Shown here one piece after another: positions 1-8,918 of a stretch of DNA of 40,601 bases. The DNA is from a virus (taxonomy: Duplodnaviria; Caudoviricetes). The first letter of the stretch is position 1, and every line of letters begins with the position of its first letter. The position numbers and the translations under genes are program-made. The stretch is taken from positions 1-40,601 of the IMG/VR virus record IMGVR_UViG_3300025133_000010; one strand, 5' to 3'. Under the pieces are notes generated by a model, which was not told where the DNA came from, made no database searches, and saw only the letters and a program-made list of their open reading frames with translations.

Positions 1-127
1 CAGAGGAACTGGTGACTGGCGGTAAGGGCGAAGGTCTTGGTCCCGGTAAAGGTCCAGGAGAAGGTGAAGGTCTTGGTCCCGGTAAAGGTCCAGGAGAAGG
101 TGAAGGTCTTGGTCCCGGTAAAGGTCC
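1..127. repeat. 127-bp direct overlap with 40475-40601 (assembly circularisation overlap)
   Basis: 1-127 is identical to 40475-40601. It falls inside an open reading frame, and 127 is a common assembler k-mer size. Confidence 0.93.
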
Positions 128-2378
128 GGGGGAAGGTAAAGGTAAAGGACCAGGTAAGGGCGAAGGCTACGGTGGTAAGAAAATCAAAGGGACCGTCCTG
201 AAACCCGGAGAACGTGAACTCGTTGATTGGTCAAGGGCACAGAAACAGGTTATCGAGGAGATCGGTGAAGGCAACTTTGAGCAAGGACTCAAGCGTGTAC
301 GGGCTGAGATGAATAAGTTTGCTGAGGCGTACAAGGCCGACGAGACAGGCAGGGGGGCTTTGAAACTCCTCCGAAAGAAGGACAACGCTCTGGTCTCCTA
401 CTGGATGAATGCCATCCTGAGTGGACCATCCACACACTTTGTCAACATCGCTTCGGGTCTTGCTACCACGTTGTTCCTTCCACTTGAGAAGGCTATTGGT
501 CGTGGGATGTCTGAGCGTAGTTTGTCTGCAATGGGGGAAGAACTCTCCACCTATATGTACCTATTTGAGTCGTTTGGTGACGCGATGGGTGCAGCAAGGA
601 TGTCCTTCAAAGAGGGCAGGAACCGTCTTGACCCGAATGTACGAGCGATGGAGTACCAACCAAGGGGTGGGGCGACTGATATAAACCCAGATGTGGATGA
701 CCTCGCCACCACGGCGAAGAAGTGGGCCGGTAACACCATAAATGCCCCTAGCAGGTTCTTGACGGCTGAAGATGAATTCTTCAAGCAACTCAACTACCGC
801 GCACACATCAAGCGAGACCTATGGAAACGGGTAGGATCAGACCCATCTCTCATGGGTAATCGAGTAGCTCAAGCAACAGAGGTTGACCGCTTGTTTGAGC
901 AGATGGTGAAAGATGATCAGATGTACTCTGAAAAAATTCTTCTTGAACGAGCACACGCTGAGGCAACGATGAAGGGTCTCGATGAATCCTCCAAAGAATA
1001 CAACGATCATGTGAAGAAGTACCTTTACAAGAACTGGGATCAGAATGCTGGTGAGATTGCTGAGAGAGCAAGAGAAGTAGCCAGAACGTCTACCTTCACA
1101 ACCCCGTTGTCTCGGGACCGTGGGATGGTTGTTGGGGTATCCAGGGGTGTCAATGACATCATCAACAAATACCCCTCTCTCCGATTCATCGTCCCCTTCG
1201 TTAGAACCCCCACGAACCTACTGAAGTTCTATCTGGATCGCTCCCCACTCGCGTTGAAAGTTCTCCTAAAAAAAGAATACTGGAAGTCTATGAGCAGTGA
1301 CGCGGCTGTCCGTGCGGACTTTATGGGAAGGATGGCTACAGGAGCAATGGGTCTCTTTGGCATGGCTGCTCTTGCAAGGGGTGAGCTTCTTACAGGGAAT
1401 GGTCCAGCCAACCGGCATGAACGCGAAGCACTGACACGTACTGGGTGGCAACCCTATTCCGTCAAGATTGGTGAGAACTATGTCTCTTATCGGAGACTGG
1501 ATCCCTTCGCAACCTTCCTGGGTCTTGCTGCTGACTTCAATGAGACAATGGCGGTGGCTGCTAGTAATAATGATGAGGAATCCATCTACCAACTTGAGGG
1601 GATGATCCCAGCGATTGCGATTGCTGTTGGTAAGAATGTTGCCAGTAAGTCATATCTCACAGGTCTTCAACGATTCTTTGGTGCAATCACGAACCCCGGT
1701 AGAGGTACTGCCTCGGCTCTCACAGAACAGTTCGCAGCATCCTTCGTACCAGCATTTGTTGGTCAAACAGGCACAGCGTTCGGTGACAATGACCTGAAGG
1801 CAGTCCAAGGGATGCTTGATGCTATACGCAGTCGTGTGCCTGGTCTCTCGGCGGACCTTGATCCTCGCCGGAACTTCCTTGGGCAGACCATCAAGCACCC
1901 CGGTCAAGGTGAACTGTATAACCCCTTCACATACTCAACTGGTGGAAGTTCCTTTGTGGCGAAAGAGATTGCCAATGTCGGCCACGGGTTCACACCCCCC
2001 GGTGCTGTGAAGAATGGGGTAGACCTCCGTGGGTACAAGAATCGCAATAATCAGTCCGCATACGACCGATGGTTGGAACTCCAGGGTTCTGTAAAGGTTT
2101 CCGGGCGGTCCATCGAGCAGGAACTCACACGCCTGTTCAAGTCCTCCCAGTACAAGCGTCTTCCAGAAGAAGATATCGAAGGTCTAGACAAGTCCCCCCG
2201 TGTTGCGGCAATCAACCGCGTAGTGTCCAAGTATAGAGCAAAGGCGTTCAGTCAAATGCTCAAAGAATTCCCAGAAGTCCAACGAAGAGACGAGATCGGA
2301 GCCTTGATCAAGCAGCATCGCAGATCAGGAAACACTTCTCAGGTTAATCAACTCCTCGCACTTATTGAAAGCCAGTAA
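1..2378 (+). CDS. C-terminal part of the gp16-like internal virion (ejection) protein; continues from 37759-40601 across the junction (about 1697 aa in total)
   Basis: In frame with the ORF starting at 37759 (position 12 equals 40486, and 40486-37759 is divisible by 3). Motifs PFVRTPTNLLK, GWQPYS and SYRRLDPF. Lies between the gp15-like gene and the tail fibre. Confidence 0.88.
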   Translation, partial: EELVTGGKGEGLGPGKGPGEGEGLGPGKGPGEGEGLGPGKGPGEGKGKGPGKGEGYGGKKIKGTVLKPGERELVDWSRAQKQVIEEIGEGNFEQGLKRVRAEMNKFAEAYKADETGRGALKLLRKKDNALVSYWMNAILSGPSTHFVNIASGLATTLFLPLEKAIGRGMSERSLSAMGEELSTYMYLFESFGDAMGAARMSFKEGRNRLDPNVRAMEYQPRGGATDINPDVDDLATTAKKWAGNTINAPSRFLTAEDEFFKQLNYRAHIKRDLWKRVGSDPSLMGNRVAQATEVDRLFEQMVKDDQMYSEKILLERAHAEATMKGLDESSKEYNDHVKKYLYKNWDQNAGEIAERAREVARTSTFTTPLSRDRGMVVGVSRGVNDIINKYPSLRFIVPFVRTPTNLLKFYLDRSPLALKVLLKKEYWKSMSSDAAVRADFMGRMATGAMGLFGMAALARGELLTGNGPANRHEREALTRTGWQPYSVKIGENYVSYRRLDPFATFLGLAADFNETMAVAASNNDEESIYQLEGMIPAIAIAVGKNVASKSYLTGLQRFFGAITNPGRGTASALTEQFAASFVPAFVGQTGTAFGDNDLKAVQGMLDAIRSRVPGLSADLDPRRNFLGQTIKHPGQGELYNPFTYSTGGSSFVAKEIANVGHGFTPPGAVKNGVDLRGYKNRNNQSAYDRWLELQGSVKVSGRSIEQELTRLFKSSQYKRLPEEDIEGLDKSPRVAAINRVVSKYRAKAFSQMLKEFPEVQRRDEIGALIKQHRRSGNTSQVNQLLALIESQ
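30..137 (+). repeat. 36-bp tandem repeat (3 copies) encoding (EGLGPGKGPGEG)n
   Basis: Unit GAAGGTCTTGGTCCCGGTAAAGGTCCAGGAGAAGGT at 30, 66 and 102; the third copy has synonymous changes. Confidence 0.9.
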
Positions 2379-5300
2379 TGCCTATTTACTCATACAACAG
2401 GTACGAAAGTACGGGGCAAAGTGAATTTGCCATCACATTCGATTATCTCTCCGAAGAACACATTGAGGTCTACCTCGATGGTGTAGAGCAGACCACTGAG
2501 TACACCATTGATGAGGGGACCAACAAGGTTACCTTCGCATCTGCTCCAGATTCTGGGACGATTGTGTTGCTCAAAAGAGTAACCCCGAAGACTAAGGCTG
2601 AGTATCAGGCTCAGATCGCGGACTTCCAAGACGGCTCCGTGTTGACGGAAAAGGACCTTGATACTGCTGTGCTGGGGTTGTTGTATATCTCTCAGGAGGC
2701 TGAGGATTCTGCTACCAGTGACGCTCTGGGGGTTGACCACACAGATGAACAATGGGATGCCCTGGATAAACGTATCAAAGATGTCGCAACTCCCACAGGG
2801 GCCAACGACGCGGTTACCAAGGAGTATGTGGATGGGCTTGAACTTTACGATGCCCCTTCGATTCCGCAACTTTACTCATTCACTGCAACAGCAGACCAGA
2901 CCACCTTCGTGATGAGTCCTGTCCCCACATCAACGAATGTAAATACATTTATTGTGGATCTCGATGGTGTGGTTCAGAAACCCACCACAGACTTCACCAT
3001 CTCAGGGGCCACCTTGACACTTGGCACAGGTGCTTCCGTGGATCAGGTGTTGACCGCCAGAAATATCGGGGTCAGTCGGGACATCCTTGAAGATAACCCG
3101 TCAGTCGCTGGAGACCTTACTGTTGGGGGGGAACTGGACATAACAGGCGACACACGAGCGGCGGGGACTCTGAGTGCCCTAACCAATGCAAATGTATATG
3201 GGACACTCGCACTGCTTGGGGATGTTTCGGGGGACATCGGCGCGGGAACTGTAAAGAGTACAGGGGCATCTTCAAATAGATCACTGGAGTCCAGGTTTGC
3301 CGAAGTTGTAAACGTAAAGGACTTTGGAGCTACCGGGGATGGAACTACAGACGATTCTCAGGCTATTAAGGATGCTATAGCCTATGCTGAAGATATCTGG
3401 GACAACGGAGACTGGGATCCTAACCAATCAGAGCCAGCAGTTCTTTATTTCCCCTCCGGTGTTTACGAATGCAATAATACCCAGTTTACAATTAAGGCTG
3501 CTGGTGCCTCGGCGGATAATACAGGGGGGAAATGGCCCGCGAGGCCAACCATTAGGGGAGTTGATAGGAATGCCTCTATCATTAAAAACGGAGGTTTCTT
3601 AATCTGGGGGGGAGCTGGAAGCATACTGAGTGAGTCAGCTAGACCTTATGATGGCTTAGTAAGCACAGCGGCGGATGTAGATTACGACCCAGATGAATAC
3701 AGCCGCGCCAGTATGAACCACACTGAAATAAGTGATATGGGTTTCTTAGGGCCTTGGTTAAAATCTGGTGGTGCGTATTACAACAACGATGATCCAGCGG
3801 TCGGTGATGACAGATATAACAACTCAATGACAGCTTGGTTTACCAATGATGATTGCCCTAGAATGACAGGTACACTCATATCAGATGATTCCCCAATCGT
3901 CATAAAGGTTCCTTGGTCTGATTCTTCGGGAGTTTCAACGACAGTCCCTTCAACCGCGATAGAAATCGGGTGGGAAACAAGACATACCAAAATTAATAAC
4001 GTGTGGATCTGTGGGTATAACTATGGGGTACACGATTCCACTGGAGGAGCTTGGGATATCGGAGCCGCTACTGGTTTCATTCGTGATGCTGTTATGCAAG
4101 ACGTGGAGCGAGGAATCGTTATTCAATCTTCTGGGTGGATGATTAAAGACTTCTGGATCCACACTTGTGCAAAGGAAGGCATCTTAATTGAATCACCAAG
4201 GGTTGGCGGGAGGATTGAGAACACCCAGATTATGGATGGAGAGTGTTATAACTGTGGTTATGGTGGGCTTGTCATACGCACGGCGGAAAAAGACCTGGAC
4301 AAGCAAGGCCGGTACACCACACACAACTACGAAGACGGAGTTATCCCATCTGAAACCACGGAGTATGGAGCGGGGTGGTTAGGCGACTGGGGAGAAACCA
4401 CAACAAACAATGATTGGGAGTATGACGATACCACCGAGGAATGGACAGATCCGTGGGGTGTAAAAGGAGTTGCTGCACCAATAGTTCCTTTTGTCTTTAA
4501 TACAAGAGTTTCTCAGTGCTCGTTTGGCACGACGCAAGGAAAGAACCTCCAGCCGTGGAAGGTCAAAGCTCTTCATAAATACTCTGGAACGCCTATTACG
4601 TGGTATGGTGACGCTGGCGAGGAGGACGACGAGTGGTGTGAGATCGAGTTTGACAGCACTAACAACGACATCACAGACCCCACCAGGCAAAAAGAGTTTA
4701 ACAGGGGCGGACGTTTAGGTACTCACTTCCCGAGAGGGATCGCCAATAAGATGTCGTGTACCAGTGTAATTAAATCCATTGCGGATGCGGTAGGTGGTGG
4801 TGACGCCCTAAACTACTCAACTGTCATTGGGGCTACTGACACACATAGAATTGTGATCAGTGCAAAATATGCTGAAGTTGCTCCTGCTGGCTACACCGAA
4901 GGTGCTGATCTACACACAGACAGTGAAATATCCCCTGTGATTGATGTGGTATTCGGTAAAGGCAACTTTGAGGGGATGATCACGGATAACCGATTTAATC
5001 ACACCTACATGGGGGGGTGTGCGTTCTATAGGTTTACAAATAACCGCCTCAAATCATCTTTCTGGATGGCGGATACCTGCGTAGGTCTTTCATTCACTGG
5101 TTCCAGAACCGCCATCAACCAACAATGTTATATTGGATCTGTGGACTGCGGTATCGATGATTGCGATGGTGTATGGGAGGAGCATGTAGAGGACGGTGTG
5201 CATGTCTACGCGAACAGTGCTGGTCTAGACACATGGGGCGACCGCCTGTTTAATGGCCCCGGCGCAGTGTCTGGTTGGGTCTCTATGGAGATGGTGTCAA

Positions 5301-5722
5301 CCAAAAACACTCCGGAGGGCCCGATTGTTCCTAAGATTAGGGTAGAGGTGCCCAAGGAAGGGACCACAACTCAGTTCGACGGAGCCCCTGAGCAACTCGT
5401 CGGTATTGTCGTATCGCCTACTGGAGTTGAAATCCAAGGTCAATTAGATAAGGGCACTGAAAAAAGTTTAACCACTGGCGAAGAACTTCAAGATGTGGGC
5501 AGCGGTACTTATTGGATAACAGCAGCCCACGATCAGGCCCCAACTGTGGTAGATGATGAAACTCACTGGTTGGTAGAAAACCACAGAACTGCTGCTAGTG
5601 AGGACGAGCGGTATCCCATAGTAAGGGGGTGGAAAGCCGCTGGGTACACCACAACAGTTTATGGTGGGCACATCGACGCTGATGGGACTGACACATGGAG
5701 TCGGTTAGACCACGATGCCTGA
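2378..5722 (+). CDS. Tail fibre/tailspike with T7 gp17-type N-terminal anchor and pectate-lyase-like beta-helix
   Basis: The N-terminus (F.YL...I.V..DG...DF.DGSVLTE.DLD......LY.SQE) is of the T7 gp17 anchor type. VNVKDFGATGDGTTDDSQAI...LYFPSGVY is a beta-helix start motif. Confidence 0.88.
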   Translation: MPIYSYNRYESTGQSEFAITFDYLSEEHIEVYLDGVEQTTEYTIDEGTNKVTFASAPDSGTIVLLKRVTPKTKAEYQAQIADFQDGSVLTEKDLDTAVLGLLYISQEAEDSATSDALGVDHTDEQWDALDKRIKDVATPTGANDAVTKEYVDGLELYDAPSIPQLYSFTATADQTTFVMSPVPTSTNVNTFIVDLDGVVQKPTTDFTISGATLTLGTGASVDQVLTARNIGVSRDILEDNPSVAGDLTVGGELDITGDTRAAGTLSALTNANVYGTLALLGDVSGDIGAGTVKSTGASSNRSLESRFAEVVNVKDFGATGDGTTDDSQAIKDAIAYAEDIWDNGDWDPNQSEPAVLYFPSGVYECNNTQFTIKAAGASADNTGGKWPARPTIRGVDRNASIIKNGGFLIWGGAGSILSESARPYDGLVSTAADVDYDPDEYSRASMNHTEISDMGFLGPWLKSGGAYYNNDDPAVGDDRYNNSMTAWFTNDDCPRMTGTLISDDSPIVIKVPWSDSSGVSTTVPSTAIEIGWETRHTKINNVWICGYNYGVHDSTGGAWDIGAATGFIRDAVMQDVERGIVIQSSGWMIKDFWIHTCAKEGILIESPRVGGRIENTQIMDGECYNCGYGGLVIRTAEKDLDKQGRYTTHNYEDGVIPSETTEYGAGWLGDWGETTTNNDWEYDDTTEEWTDPWGVKGVAAPIVPFVFNTRVSQCSFGTTQGKNLQPWKVKALHKYSGTPITWYGDAGEEDDEWCEIEFDSTNNDITDPTRQKEFNRGGRLGTHFPRGIANKMSCTSVIKSIADAVGGGDALNYSTVIGATDTHRIVISAKYAEVAPAGYTEGADLHTDSEISPVIDVVFGKGNFEGMITDNRFNHTYMGGCAFYRFTNNRLKSSFWMADTCVGLSFTGSRTAINQQCYIGSVDCGIDDCDGVWEEHVEDGVHVYANSAGLDTWGDRLFNGPGAVSGWVSMEMVSTKNTPEGPIVPKIRVEVPKEGTTTQFDGAPEQLVGIVVSPTGVEIQGQLDKGTEKSLTTGEELQDVGSGTYWITAAHDQAPTVVDDETHWLVENHRTAASEDERYPIVRGWKAAGYTTTVYGGHIDADGTDTWSRLDHDA

Positions 5723-5751
5723 TGATCCCCAAAATTCTCTAGGAAACCAAA

Positions 5752-6504
5752 ATGACTACTAAACAAGTGCAACTTCGCCGTGGCTCTGACAGCGACCACG
5801 ATTCATTCACAGGGGCTATTGGTGAACTTACCTATGTGTCTGATGATAAAACCCTGAGAATCCACGACGCTTCAACCGCTGGTGGTGTCAAGGTCATCAC
5901 TGAAGGCACTGGAACCACCAACATATCTAACGATGTGGCTGTGAATACAGACAAGATGACCGTGGACAGTGCTACGGGGAACACTGTGGTTGCTGGGACT
6001 CTAGATGTAACTGGGATCACTTCGTTGACCACAGATCTAACGGTAAACACTGATAAGATGACTGTGGATGGTGCTACAGGTAATACGGTTATTGCTGGGA
6101 CTCTAGGTGTAACTGGGGTCACTTCATTGACCACAGATCTAACAGTGAACACTGATAAGATGACTGTGGATGGTGCTACGGGGGATACAGCTGTTGCTGG
6201 GACTCTAGATGTAACTGGGATCACTTCGTTGACCACAGATCTAACAGTGAACACTGATAAGATGACTGTGGATGGTGCTACGGGGGATACAGCTGTTGCT
6301 GGGACTCTGGACGTGACAGGCAACACCACATTAACTGCGATTTTACTTACAGAGAAATCCGCAGACCCAGGTGACCCAACAGAGGGTTCAACAGTTATTT
6401 GGATGAGTGATGGTACAGAAGCGGGGGATGATGGGGATATCATGGTGAAGATTACAGCGGGGGCTACCACCAACACCTTCACTCTTGTGGATTTTGACGC
6501 ATAA
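5752..6504 (+). CDS. Second fibre protein with Mtd-N-like N-terminus and internal repeats
   Basis: VQLRRG...FTGAIGEL.......LRIHD..TAGG resembles the major tropism determinant N-terminal domain. AGGA RBS upstream. Confidence 0.75.
   Translation: MTTKQVQLRRGSDSDHDSFTGAIGELTYVSDDKTLRIHDASTAGGVKVITEGTGTTNISNDVAVNTDKMTVDSATGNTVVAGTLDVTGITSLTTDLTVNTDKMTVDGATGNTVIAGTLGVTGVTSLTTDLTVNTDKMTVDGATGDTAVAGTLDVTGITSLTTDLTVNTDKMTVDGATGDTAVAGTLDVTGNTTLTAILLTEKSADPGDPTEGSTVIWMSDGTEAGDDGDIMVKITAGATTNTFTLVDFDA
5941..6318 (+). repeat. 102-bp (34-aa) tandem repeat, about 3.7 copies
   Basis: VNTDKMTVD.ATG.T..AGTL.VTG recurs at 5941, 6043, 6145 and 6247. Confidence 0.9.
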
Positions 6505-6540
6505 GAACCTTCTGTTGCGGGCTAAGCCCGTGGACTAACT

Positions 6541-7326
6541 ATGACTACCAAAGTGCCAACTGATATGTTGGCGGATGTAACCTCCAAAATTCTAACAACA
6601 TCATCTGCCACTGATGAAGGGGATGTTGTTCAACTCGACAGTGACGGCAAAATCAGGCCCGCGCTCCTTACAACTGGGACACTTGCCCAGGGTGACGTTC
6701 TCTATTACGACGGGTCTGACCTTGTGAATCTCGGTGCGGGCACCAGTGGACAATTCCTGAAGACTCAGGGGGCTGCTGCAAATCCAGTATGGGCTACTGC
6801 TGGTGGTGGAGCAATGGAGTTTATCTCGAAGAACACCATTGGTTCATCTGTCTCTGAACTTGTAGTGAACTTTGATGAAACCGAGTACAACAATTATATC
6901 CTCCGAATAGAGGGTCTGCATGGTGTCAGTGATGGTAATTTTCAGATGCGGTGGTCTAACGATGATGGAACCACGTTCTCTGACCAGAATTATGGCTTCA
7001 TGCAGGGCGGTGGTCGTGGTGGTTCGACATTTGATACAGGTCAAAATGCGTCTTCCTATGGTCTTTTAACCCCTACAGCGTGGAATGATGCGGGTGCAAA
7101 ATTATCAGCAACGCTCAACTTCACTGTAACATCTGGCGATGACAACAACGAGGTTGCATATTGGTGGACGGGATACTGCTGCCAAACATCCTCAAACTAT
7201 CAATCAATGGTAACTGGTGCCATTGCGGTTGTAGCAGCAGACTACAACACCGCATTTGAACTCAGTAACTCTGGGGGCAACATTGATGAAGGTGTTGTTA
7301 TCCTCTACGGCCTTAAAGAAAGTTAA
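6541..7326 (+). CDS. Tail-fibre-related structural protein
   Basis: GDVLYYDG...LGAGTSGQFLKTQG..ANPVW fibre-type repeat and a beta-rich C-terminus ending LYGLK. Located in the fibre cluster. Confidence 0.7.
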   Translation: MTTKVPTDMLADVTSKILTTSSATDEGDVVQLDSDGKIRPALLTTGTLAQGDVLYYDGSDLVNLGAGTSGQFLKTQGAAANPVWATAGGGAMEFISKNTIGSSVSELVVNFDETEYNNYILRIEGLHGVSDGNFQMRWSNDDGTTFSDQNYGFMQGGGRGGSTFDTGQNASSYGLLTPTAWNDAGAKLSATLNFTVTSGDDNNEVAYWWTGYCCQTSSNYQSMVTGAIAVVAADYNTAFELSNSGGNIDEGVVILYGLKES

Positions 7327-7331
7327 ATCAA

Positions 7332-7541
7332 ATGAACGAAGAATTACTGCTGGCCCTGGGGAGGCTGGAGGGCAAAGTAGATTCCTTAATCACCTCCTTG
7401 GCTGTTCACGACGAGGAACTGAATCGCCTTGATCATCGAATTCGTAATCTCGAACAATCCAAAAGTTGGATGTTGGGGGCCGCTGCGGTCATTGGGGCTG
7501 CTGCGTCATTTCTCTTTCAATACATTAAGGCAGATCAATAA
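7332..7541 (+). CDS. Small coiled-coil protein with C-terminal transmembrane helix (XhlA-like or lysis-associated)
   Basis: Heptad pattern followed by WMLGAAAVIGAAASFLF. Translationally coupled to the next gene. Confidence 0.6.
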   Translation: MNEELLLALGRLEGKVDSLITSLAVHDEELNRLDHRIRNLEQSKSWMLGAAAVIGAAASFLFQYIKADQ

Positions 7542-7849
7542 TGCTTATTCACAAATTCAAAGAAACCGGCGGGTCATTCCCGATTGATGAGGCAACCACC
7601 TCTGATGTTGTCACACTCGATGTCAACAAGACCCGAACTGGGCTATTCCAAACTACTCAGGGGGCATCGGACGATGTTGATGTCACCCTCCAGGGTTCGA
7701 TGGACAACTCCAACTGGGTTGATATCAAAGCCTTTGTTGATGTCAACAACACCACCAAAGCGGCTGTTGTGACTTTGTTCCCGCACATGCGGGTGGTCAC
7801 TGCGAATGCGGCTGGGACAGTTACAGTCAGTTCATACATCGGAGAGTGA
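7541..7849 (+). CDS. Small beta-rich putative virion protein
   Basis: TAATG coupling to the upstream gene. VTLQGS.D..NW.D motif. Confidence 0.6.
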   Translation: MLIHKFKETGGSFPIDEATTSDVVTLDVNKTRTGLFQTTQGASDDVDVTLQGSMDNSNWVDIKAFVDVNNTTKAAVVTLFPHMRVVTANAAGTVTVSSYIGE

Positions 7850-7852
7850 CTT

Positions 7853-8707
7853 ATGCCTTTGCTCAAGCCGGAACATATCACCGGGGATCTTCGACTGTGG
7901 CTTCGGGCAGACTCCTTGAGGGGCACTTCAAAGTCCACCATCAGTGTCTGGCCTGATGAAAGTGGTAATGGCTATCACGCCGCCCAGTCCACTGCGGATG
8001 ATCAACCATCTTTTCTGGAGGCACACCAAAACGGGCTCCCGGCTTTAAACTTCGACGGCACCTCTGAGTTTATGACTCTTGATGGGTCGGACACCGCTGG
8101 GGACAACTCTCCACTTGATGCGGGCGCAAGTTCTATTCTCTGTGTGACCGTATGCTCACCAGACGATTCTGGGGCTACCGAAGCGGTGTGGTCCTTCAAC
8201 GAGGACACCAGCCAAAGTGCTTTTTGGTGGCGATGGAACCGGCGGTTTACCTTCTTCTACTACGCGGGGTCCACCGCTCTCCAATCCACCCAGTATGTTG
8301 CTGGGGACACTGTGGTTGCTTTGGCATCTCTCGATGCAAGTGATGAACTTGTGTGGCGGGTTGATGGGACAGAGAAAGCCACTCGGTCTGGTGAGACGGG
8401 CGGCACAGATGCTGGTCCTTTCTACATCGGCGCAGAGGATGGTGCGTCTAGTTTCTTCGACGGGAAGATCTACGAGATCGTCGTCTTTCACACAGACCTC
8501 TCTGACTACATCGAAGAGATTGAGGGATACCTCCATCACAAGTGGGGGTTGGAATCCAGTCTCCCTTCTGCTCACACCTATGCAGACGCCCCTCCAGTTG
8601 CTGGTCCCACGGTCATCGGCACAACCTTGGCTTCTACGGACCTCTCAGAAACTTTGGAAGGGGACATCGATGCCCCCCTTAACATGCGAGACAAATATCA
8701 TGGATAA
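7853..8707 (+). CDS. LamG/concanavalin-like domain virion protein
   Basis: LWLRAD...WPDESGNG.HA.Q......P....NG.PAL.FDG ... FDGKIYEI...IEGYL.HKWG. Confidence 0.75.
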   Translation: MPLLKPEHITGDLRLWLRADSLRGTSKSTISVWPDESGNGYHAAQSTADDQPSFLEAHQNGLPALNFDGTSEFMTLDGSDTAGDNSPLDAGASSILCVTVCSPDDSGATEAVWSFNEDTSQSAFWWRWNRRFTFFYYAGSTALQSTQYVAGDTVVALASLDASDELVWRVDGTEKATRSGETGGTDAGPFYIGAEDGASSFFDGKIYEIVVFHTDLSDYIEEIEGYLHHKWGLESSLPSAHTYADAPPVAGPTVIGTTLASTDLSETLEGDIDAPLNMRDKYHG

Positions 8708-8918
8708 GAAGGAACTGGGGAAGTTGCACGAAGCACTCTCGATGCTCCTGATGGAACGTATCGCTTCAGGCGAAGCTGGTTCAGGTGAACTCAGTGTTGC
8801 TCGGCAGTTCCTCAAGGACAACGGGATTGATGCCAACATCAACCAAAGTGAACCTCTGCTGAACTTGGCGAAGGTTCTCCCGTTTGATCCAGAGGCAGAG
8901 ATCCCAGAGTCCGCATGA
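8700..8918 (+). CDS. Terminase small subunit (T7 gp18-like)
   Basis: L..LH.........I.SGEA...EL.VARQFLKDNGI...LPF. Directly upstream of TerL. The real start is the ATG at 8700, inside the 8217 track ORF. Confidence 0.88.
   Translation: MDKKELGKLHEALSMLLMERIASGEAGSGELSVARQFLKDNGIDANINQSEPLLNLAKVLPFDPEAEIPESA

Noticed and set aside
5832-6482. 216-aa minus-strand ORF (and other minus-strand track ORFs)
   Set aside because: These are antisense shadows of + strand genes, with no motifs or RBS; the genome is unidirectional.
5752-6504. Diversity-generating retroelement suggested by the Mtd-like N-terminus
   Set aside because: No reverse transcriptase and no TR/VR pair were seen; the repeats are in-frame tandem units.
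8217-8699. Long N-terminal extension of the terminase small subunit
   Set aside because: It overlaps the LamG-like gene out of frame; TerS similarity begins at the ATG at 8700.
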